Positions 44,533-49,922 of a DNA stretch of 49,922 bases are shown piece after piece. The notes beneath the pieces were generated by a model. It was not told the DNA's origin. It searched no databases and was given only the letters and a program-made list of their open reading frames with translations. How positions within the stretch are numbered: position 1 is the stretch's first letter; each line of letters begins with the position of its first letter. Position numbers and translations under genes: made by a program. The stretch is from Acidobacteriota bacterium (GTDB lineage Bacteria; Acidobacteriota; Terriglobia; Bryobacterales; Bryobacteraceae): assembly GCA_039930665.1 (NCBI GenBank), contig JBDTTL010000001.1:1-49922 (forward strand). The letters run 5' to 3'.

Positions 44533-45486
44533 GTGTTTGCTTCGCTGACTATTTCACTCGGTGCGTATTCGATATTTACGCTGCTCGCGTGTTATCTCGG
44601 TGCCGAGAACTGGCCAGACACGATGTTTAACGAGAGGCGCGCTGTGGCGGCCTTACTGGTAATGGTCTGCACCGAGATTGTTGATTTTCTGCGTCAAAAC
44701 TATGTGGCGAAGACGGCTTCGGGGCTACTTTCCAGCGCCGAAGACCGAAAAGCAATTGAGGCCTTTGACAAGTGGTTCAAAAGTCTATTTTCTCGTCGTT
44801 GGCAGTGGACTTTCTTGACGATTGCACTCGCCGCGGCTAGCCCTCTCATCTGTTCGTTCACCCATCACGCATCAAGGCACGACAGGATCCAAACGATTGT
44901 CGCAGGATATGTGGTCGCCTTTTTTGGTTTGCACGGACTTTACTTCGCACTTTTCATCCCCCAGCTGGCTCGACTCGTATCGCGACAAAATATGCATCTT
45001 TATTGGCTTCGTCCGGCAGATACGCCGTGGATTGAACGGTTGTCTGCAATGTTCACCGCGATGTGCATAGGGCAAATATTTGGCGGAAGCGTCGCATTTC
45101 CTATTCTATGGCTTCGAATGCCCAAGGGGTCGACGGTCGGATTTCTTGCATCCTTGATCTGGTTGGTAATCGCTTGCGTCGTGGTATGTTATTCATTCCT
45201 TTTCCCTCAATATTTTCTCGCACGTGTTATTAAAGAGAAGAAGCAAAAGGATGTGGCATTGCTGCAGTCTGAACTCCACTATCACCTACAAACGTGTGAT
45301 TCCTTTGGCCATGCGCAGGAATGGAGTTCATCGATGCAGAATGTTTTCGGCGCGTATGAACTAGCTGCCACCGCGCCGGAGACGGCGGTAAATTTCAAGT
45401 CGTCAATCTTCGTTGTTGGATCGCTGCTCTTTCCTGCGATCAACCTTGTCTTGCAGCTTGTACCAGTGCTTTCGCCAAAGAAATAA
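44533..45486 (+). CDS. polytopic membrane protein of unknown family, sole cargo of a ~1-kb insert
   Basis: 317-aa ORF (GTG at 44533, alternative ATG at 44623) with about 6 hydrophobic segments. It is visibly more AT-rich than its surroundings and lies on the opposite strand, between the two halves of the reductase pseudogene. No family recognised. Confidence 0.65.
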   Translation: MFASLTISLGAYSIFTLLACYLGAENWPDTMFNERRAVAALLVMVCTEIVDFLRQNYVAKTASGLLSSAEDRKAIEAFDKWFKSLFSRRWQWTFLTIALAAASPLICSFTHHASRHDRIQTIVAGYVVAFFGLHGLYFALFIPQLARLVSRQNMHLYWLRPADTPWIERLSAMFTAMCIGQIFGGSVAFPILWLRMPKGSTVGFLASLIWLVIACVVVCYSFLFPQYFLARVIKEKKQKDVALLQSELHYHLQTCDSFGHAQEWSSSMQNVFGAYELAATAPETAVNFKSSIFVVGSLLFPAINLVLQLVPVLSPKK

Positions 45487-45524
45487 TGCCACGTACATCC
45501 AGCACGCGCACTCGCGGCCGGGCG

Positions 45525-45774
45525 TAATCGATATCGGATGATATAAGCCGGCCGGAATCGACAGCGCTTCCAGTTCATCGATAAAGCTACCCCCGCTGGT
45601 GTGCATGGGGGATCCAATTTCGTGACTCTGCTCCAGTACCAGGGCCGAACATCGACGCTTCGCCAAGGCTTCCGCCGCCGCCAGTCCTGCCGGACCGCCG
45701 CCCGCGATAATCGCGTCGTAAGTCGCGCCGTGACTCGTGTTCTTGATCCCGCTCAGGTTGCTCACTCCCATCAT
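45525..45774 (-). pseudogene. N-terminal FAD-binding fragment of the same geranylgeranyl-reductase-family gene
   Basis: Within ORF 45403-45855, the segment MMGVSNLSGIKNTSHGATYDAIIAGGGPAGLAAAEALAKRRCSALVLEQSHEIGSPMHTSGGSFIDELEALSIPAGLYHPI shows the GxGxxG Rossmann start. Similarity is lost after about 45525, where the ORF runs antisense into the cargo gene. Confidence 0.7.
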
Positions 45775-45972
45775 GTTATGCTGTTTTTTCGATCCTGCGA
45801 GAGTAGGGCGCAAATGGATTTTTTCTGCACATATCCCACAAAGACGCCGCTGCAAGTAAGGTAACCTTAGTTACGTTCTAAGTGACATCTTGCCCGAATT
45901 CGTAAGAGGGTCCTGATTTGCTCCAGTACTAGAACCGCCTATTATCGAGACGGAGTAACAGTACGGGAGCTT

Positions 45973-46719
45973 ATGGACATCATGACAGCGCCAATGAATC
46001 AGAGCCCTGAGGCACGAGAAAACCGTAAGGGTACGGTACGAATTGTGATTGCCGACGATCATCCTATCGTGCGCGACGGCTTGAAAAAGCTGCTGCTCCT
46101 CGAAGACGATTTCGAGGTGGTTGGCGAAGCGGGCGATGGGCGCGAAGTGTTGGACAAAGTCCGGGAACTCGATCCCGACGTGCTCTTGCTCGACCTGCGC
46201 ATGCCCAACCTGGACGGTCTCGGCGCACTGCAGGCGTTGCAGCAGGTCAACCAGCGAACCCGCGTGATTATTCTCACGGCGTCGGAGGACAAGAACGAAT
46301 TCGTCCAGGCCATGAAACTCGGCTGCAGTGGCATCGTGTTGAAGCAGACCGCGCCGGATCTGATCGTCAAGAGCATACGCAAGGTTCACTCGGGCGAAAT
46401 CTGGCTGGACTCGCACACCACCGCCGCCGTCATGCGCCAGTTCTCCACCGCACTCGAGGGAGGCCATCCTTCGGCGTCCGGGACCGGCAAGGGCCGCGAG
46501 CGCAGTCCGCTCTCCGCGCGGGAACGGGAGATCGTGGCTCTGGTGGCGCAGGGCTACAAGAATAAAGAAATGGCGGAGAAGATGTTTATCAGCGAGCAGA
46601 CGGTGAAGAACCACCTGCACAACATCTTTGACAAACTGGGCGTCTCCGACCGGCTGGAGCTGGCGCTCTACGCCATCCATAAAGGTTTGCACCTGAACGG
46701 CGAGCCGGCCCTCCGCTGA
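45973..46719 (+). CDS. NarL/FixJ (LuxR-type HTH) family response regulator
   Basis: 248-aa ORF. Receiver domain is RIVIADDHPIVRDGLKKLL...LLLDLRMPNLDG...VIILTAS. The LuxR HTH is LSAREREIVALVAQGYKNKEMAEKMFISEQTVKNHLHNIFDKLGVSDRLELALYA. The minus-strand ORF 45871-46692 is its shadow. Confidence 0.9.
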   Translation: MDIMTAPMNQSPEARENRKGTVRIVIADDHPIVRDGLKKLLLLEDDFEVVGEAGDGREVLDKVRELDPDVLLLDLRMPNLDGLGALQALQQVNQRTRVIILTASEDKNEFVQAMKLGCSGIVLKQTAPDLIVKSIRKVHSGEIWLDSHTTAAVMRQFSTALEGGHPSASGTGKGRERSPLSAREREIVALVAQGYKNKEMAEKMFISEQTVKNHLHNIFDKLGVSDRLELALYAIHKGLHLNGEPALR

Positions 46720-46753
46720 ACGCGATGTCGCTCCCCGCTGCCGGCCAACGAAG

Positions 46754-47449
46754 CTAGATCGTCTTGTCCTTCGCGTAGCATAGCGGCGCCAGTTTGCACT
46801 CGGCGCACTTCGGATTCCGCGCCAGACACAGCGCTCGGCCGTGGTGAATGATCTGATGCGAGAACAGTATCCACTTCTCCTTCGGAATGACGAGCATCAA
46901 ATCTTTTTCGATCTTCACTGGTTCGTTCGCCTTGGTCAAGTCCAGGCGTCGTGAGATGCGCTGTACATGCGTGTCCACTACTACGCCATAGGCGAGACCA
47001 AAGGCCGTTCCCAGCACGACGTTGGCTGTCTTCCGCGCCGCGCCGGGCACCGTCAGCAGCGCATCCATCTCTCGCGGCACCTCGCCGTTATAGTCCGCCA
47101 GAATCTTGCGCGCCGCGCCGATCACGGACTTGGCCTTGTTATTGAAGAAACCCGTGGAACGGATATCCCCTGCCATCTCTTCCTGACTGGCTGCCGCAAA
47201 ATCGCGCATCGTCGGATACTTGCGGAACAGACCGGGCGTGACCTGGTTGACGCGCTTGTCGGTGCACTGCGCTGATAGAACGGTCGCCACCAGCAGTTCC
47301 CAGGCGTTCGAGTGATGCAGGGCGCAGGTCGCCGCCGGATACATTTCATCCAAGCCAGCCAGGATCTTCTTGACACGCGCCTTCCGCTCGGCGGCATTCT
47401 TGGGTCTGGCAATGCGCGTCTTCACGGGTCCGGATTTAGTCAAAGTCAA
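46754..47449 (-). CDS. nth: endonuclease III (DNA-(apurinic/apyrimidinic site) lyase)
   Basis: 231-aa ORF with ...[19 protein letters not shown]..., the HhH-GPD region [17 protein letters not shown], and the C-terminal 4Fe-4S cluster motif C-X6-C-X2-C-X5-C ([17 protein letters not shown]). Confidence 0.9.
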   Translation of the reverse strand: MTLTKSGPVKTRIARPKNAAERKARVKKILAGLDEMYPAATCALHHSNAWELLVATVLSAQCTDKRVNQVTPGLFRKYPTMRDFAAASQEEMAGDIRSTGFFNNKAKSVIGAARKILADYNGEVPREMDALLTVPGAARKTANVVLGTAFGLAYGVVVDTHVQRISRRLDLTKANEPVKIEKDLMLVIPKEKWILFSHQIIHHGRALCLARNPKCAECKLAPLCYAKDKTI

Positions 47450-47744
47450 TATCGCGCTTGGGAGGCGGTTCGTCCGGATGCTCCTTGGCGATTTTGAGCA
47501 TCTCGTCGAACTTCTTGCTCAGCACATCCGCATGCGTCTTGTGGCTCTCCACCGATTTCAGAAACGCATCCTCACGCCGGCCGGCTTCGCCGCGCTGCCG
47601 CTGGACCGCGCTTTCGAGGTCGGCGAAAGTCGGCGGCTTGACGTGCTCCACATGGCGGATGACGGCGCTGGTTTCGGGGTCAATATGCAACTCCGCCTGG
47701 CAGCACGGACAAGTGACTTTTATGAGCGGCGCCTGTTTCGCCAT
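47436..47744 (-). CDS. small zinc-ribbon protein
   Basis: This is the 3' third of track ORF 47436-48203, starting at the ATG at 47742-47744. The product is [31 protein letters not shown]... (102 aa). It overlaps the nth start by 14 nt. The rest of the track ORF is antisense to mscL. Confidence 0.6.
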   Translation of the reverse strand: MAKQAPLIKVTCPCCQAELHIDPETSAVIRHVEHVKPPTFADLESAVQRQRGEAGRREDAFLKSVESHKTHADVLSKKFDEMLKIAKEHPDEPPPKRDIDFD

Positions 47745-47786
47745 GCTCCCAGTGTATACTGGCGTGCATGTCGGGGAGCGACCAAT

Positions 47787-48224
47787 ATGTTTAAAGAATT
47801 CAAGACCTTCATTATGCGCGGCAATGTACTCGATCTCGCCATCGGCGTGATTATCGGCGTGGCTTTCGGCAAGATCGTGGCCTCGCTGGTGGGCGATATC
47901 TTCAATCCCATCATTGGGCTGGCGCTGGGCAAGATCGATTTCTCGAACCTGTTCGTCGCGCTCAACGGGCAAAGTTACGCCACCCTCGCGGACGCGAAGA
48001 AAGCCGCGGCTCCAACGCTCAACTACGGACTGTTTATCAATACCGTCATCGAGTTCGTGATCGTGGCGTTCGTGATCTTTCTCGTCGTCAAGCAGGTGAA
48101 CCGGTTCATGCCAAAGGCGCCCCCGCCTCCGCCCCCTGCGGCCACCAAGGAGTGCCCGGAGTGCCTGAGCACGATACAAGCCGGGGCCAAGCGTTGCGCG
48201 CAATGCACGTCGGTTCTCGCTTAA
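47787..48224 (+). CDS. mscL: large-conductance mechanosensitive channel MscL with C-terminal CxxC...CxxC tail
   Basis: ATG at 47787 inside track ORF 47370-48224. The product begins [44 protein letters not shown].... TM2 is [27 protein letters not shown] poly-Pro stretch follows, then [25 protein letters not shown]. Confidence 0.9.
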   Translation: MFKEFKTFIMRGNVLDLAIGVIIGVAFGKIVASLVGDIFNPIIGLALGKIDFSNLFVALNGQSYATLADAKKAAAPTLNYGLFINTVIEFVIVAFVIFLVVKQVNRFMPKAPPPPPPAATKECPECLSTIQAGAKRCAQCTSVLA

Positions 48225-48314
48225 GGCGGTTGCGGAAAGACCCAGCGAAAACTCGAGACGTCACGTCGCGGCGGGTCATAATGCTGAGGCGTTACTTCCT
48301 GGCTGACAATCCAT

Positions 48315-48346
48315 CCGAGCTTGATCCCACCCGAGCTTGATCCCAC
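48315..48346. repeat. perfect 16-bp tandem duplication upstream of gene 48413
   Basis: CCGAGCTTGATCCCAC occurs at 48315-48330 and again at 48331-48346. The next bases, CCCTTGACT, give a third CTTGA(T/C) at the same 16-bp phase. Confidence 0.9.
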
Positions 48347-48348
48347 CC

Positions 48349-48377
48349 TTGACTTCATCTCTCTGCGGGCGTAATAC
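48349..48377 (+). promoter_or_regulatory. sigma-70-like promoter candidate
   Basis: TTGACT (48349-54), a 17-nt spacer, then TAATAC (48372-77). It lies about 35 nt upstream of the AAGGGGG RBS and the ATG at 48413. Confidence 0.4.
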
Positions 48378-48412
48378 AGTAGCCGGTAGTAGACCAACAA
48401 GGGGGTTCATCC

Positions 48413-48700
48413 ATGTCCTTGATGTCCTCGTCTCCATTGGAAATCGTCGCAGTGATCTGGGGCGTCGTGACGATCCTGTATTTCGCATTGTTCTTGTTCC
48501 GCTCGGTGGTCGGCATGAAGGAAGAAGACACGCTCTATCTGAGTGTTGGCGAAGAGCGGCTCGCGGCCGAGCAGCGGGAAGTTATGAAGCGCATCACCAA
48601 GCTGGATTCTTATAGCCACAAGTTGGGCTACGCAGCGCTGGTCATGAGCGTGATCCTCGCTGGGATGTGGGTGTATAGCGTCGTGCGAATACTGCTCTGA
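48413..48700 (+). CDS. small two-TM membrane protein, unknown family
   Basis: 95-aa ORF. TM helices lie at each end (LEIVAVIWGVVTILYFALFLF and YAALVMSVILAGMWVYSVV), with a charged middle segment. Confidence 0.6.
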   Translation: MSLMSSSPLEIVAVIWGVVTILYFALFLFRSVVGMKEEDTLYLSVGEERLAAEQREVMKRITKLDSYSHKLGYAALVMSVILAGMWVYSVVRILL

Positions 48701-48715
48701 CCTGAGGCGTGCAGC

Positions 48716-49843
48716 TTAAACGACGGGTTCCATCCCGAAGCGGCGCAGCAGGAGAAACTCCGACAGATTGTCGGTGGTGAGCAATCCGAGCAAGCGGCCG
48801 TTCTCCATAACCATGGCGCAGCGGCCGGCTTGGGCCATCAGAGGCAGAACCTCGGCTAGGTCGACGTTCGGTTCCAGTTCAAGAAACTCGCGGTCCATGG
48901 CGCCTGCCACATAGGCTTCAGGCCCGTCGGACGCGATCGCACGAATCAGCAGGTTGCGCCCCAGCAGCCCCACAATCTGGCTGTTGTGCAGCACCGGGAA
49001 ATCCTGCTGCGACGTCGACAAGAGCAGATTGGCGGCGTCGCGAATTGTACTGTGATGTTCCAGGGTGTGGAACTCGGTAATCATAGCGGCGCGGATCGGA
49101 ATCCCGTGCGTCAGCGAGCGGCCGAGCGCAGCCACACTTTCCTGCGCCGCGCCAAGATAGATAAAGAGCGCGAAGAACACCAGCATAAATTGTGGCGCCA
49201 GAAGCCCATATAAGCCCATGCTGATTGCCAGCATCCTGCCCATCCAGGCCGCGGTTCGAGTGGCTTCCTCTTCCGGCCGGATGTAGCTCAGTAGCGCGCG
49301 CAGAACTCGTCCTCCATCCATCGGAAACGCCGGCAGGAGGTTAAAGCCGGCCAGCAGGATATTGCCGTACAGGAGCAGCGCCAGCGGGCTCTTGCTGTTC
49401 GGATGCAATAAATCCGCCACCTTGATCACGGCGGTTTCGTGGGTCGAGATCATGTAGCAGAAGATCCCTGCGGCGAGCAGCACATTCACTAGCGGGCCGG
49501 CGAACGCCACACAGATTTCCGCGGTGGGCGGCAGCAGCCGTTCCATCCGCGAAAGTCCGCCGATCGGAAACATGACGATTTCGGTGGTCCGAATGCCGAA
49601 GCGCGAGGCGACCACAGCGTGTCCAAATTCGTGAAGGAGCACGCTTACCAGGCTCCCCAGCAGAAAAATGGCGTAGGTGCTGTGGGATTGGTCGCTCCCG
49701 AGCACGGAGACTATCACGAACACTACTAGCAGAACGAAGGTAAAGTGCAGGCGCACGGGCACGCCAAACACGCGGAAGGCTTTAATCGTACCGGCAGTAG
49801 CCGCTTCATGGCCTGGATGACTTAGCGTTTGAACTGGCAGCAC
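48716..49843 (-). CDS. site-2 protease family (M50) metalloprotease with C-terminal CBS pair
   Basis: 375-aa ORF. The HEFGH zinc motif sits in a TM helix (LLHEFGHAVVA), followed by ...NLLPAFPMDGGRVL. The C-terminal CBS-like region is ...FPVLHNSQIVGLLGRNLLIRA...AMVMENGRLLGLLTTDNL. Confidence 0.85.
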   Translation of the reverse strand: MLPVQTLSHPGHEAATAGTIKAFRVFGVPVRLHFTFVLLVVFVIVSVLGSDQSHSTYAIFLLGSLVSVLLHEFGHAVVASRFGIRTTEIVMFPIGGLSRMERLLPPTAEICVAFAGPLVNVLLAAGIFCYMISTHETAVIKVADLLHPNSKSPLALLLYGNILLAGFNLLPAFPMDGGRVLRALLSYIRPEEEATRTAAWMGRMLAISMGLYGLLAPQFMLVFFALFIYLGAAQESVAALGRSLTHGIPIRAAMITEFHTLEHHSTIRDAANLLLSTSQQDFPVLHNSQIVGLLGRNLLIRAIASDGPEAYVAGAMDREFLELEPNVDLAEVLPLMAQAGRCAMVMENGRLLGLLTTDNLSEFLLLRRFGMEPVV

Positions 49844-49922
49844 GAGTGAGTACCTACCCTAAATTCGGCTGCCGGGAGATGAACTTTAGGGCTGGCCGGT
49901 ACTTTATCTGGAGAAGTCCTAG

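Noticed and set aside
45871-46692. 273-aa minus-strand ORF
   Set aside because: It lies exactly antisense to the clearly recognisable NarL/LuxR response regulator (45973-46719). It has a low-complexity, Leu/Arg/His-rich translation typical of a shadow ORF in GC-rich DNA.
47745-48203. Upper two-thirds of the 255-aa minus-strand ORF 47436-48203
   Set aside because: It is antisense to mscL, and its translation is Arg/Gly/His-rich nonsense. Only the last 102 codons (47436-47744), which start at an ATG and encode a CPCC zinc-ribbon protein, look like a gene.
1-49922. CRISPR arrays, tRNA, rRNA, retron or DGR reverse transcriptases, prophage blocks
   Set aside because: I saw no regularly spaced direct repeats beyond the two tandem duplications and the IS repeats. 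No tRNA-like T-arm or acceptor patterns were noticed by eye, although a covariance-model scan is needed to be certain. No RT, integrase, capsid or terminase-like ORFs are present.

Overview
GC-rich bacterial chromosome segment. The gene content looks like Acidobacteriota: several VWA proteins of the acidobacterial TIGR03436-like type, many small stress proteins, and sigma-54 plus ECF regulators. This phylum call is inference only. Three zones are visible. (1) 1-10.6 kb is a core outer-membrane biogenesis block, bamA -> surA-N-like chaperone -> tamB, joined by ATGA stop/start overlaps, plus a YihY/BrkB membrane protein. (2) About 10.8-41 kb is an accessory-looking stress and regulation island. 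It holds many small general-stress-type genes: YtxH-like, DUF3309, DUF6496, DUF2934, SYLF, two BON, YciE/DUF892, CsbD, DUF1003, YflT-like and lmo0937-like. It also holds two ECF sigma factors, two paralogous sigma-54 activators, histidine kinases and response regulators, two VWA proteins, beta-barrel OMPs, a PAP2 phosphatase, and an orphan TIR-domain protein with an unrecognised C-terminal domain. (3) 42-49.9 kb holds an ISNCY-like insertion sequence, a geranylgeranyl-reductase-type gene destroyed three ways (one of them a ~1-kb lower-GC insert carrying one unknown membrane protein), then housekeeping genes: NarL-type regulator, nth, mscL and an M50/CBS site-2 protease. The window is unusually rich in damaged genes. 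Two have in-frame stops (YtxH-like TGA, sigma-54 activator TAG), four have frameshifts, and about seven more are headless or tailless remnants. No rRNA, tRNA or CRISPR array was recognised. The best novelty candidates are the orphan TIR/coiled-coil/unknown-domain protein, the single-gene cargo inserted in the reductase gene, the sigma-54 -24/-12 motifs (one perfect but orphan and antisense), and a secreted protein with an LPATAS tripartite C-terminal tail. All family names come from reading the translations and from memory. No searches were run.
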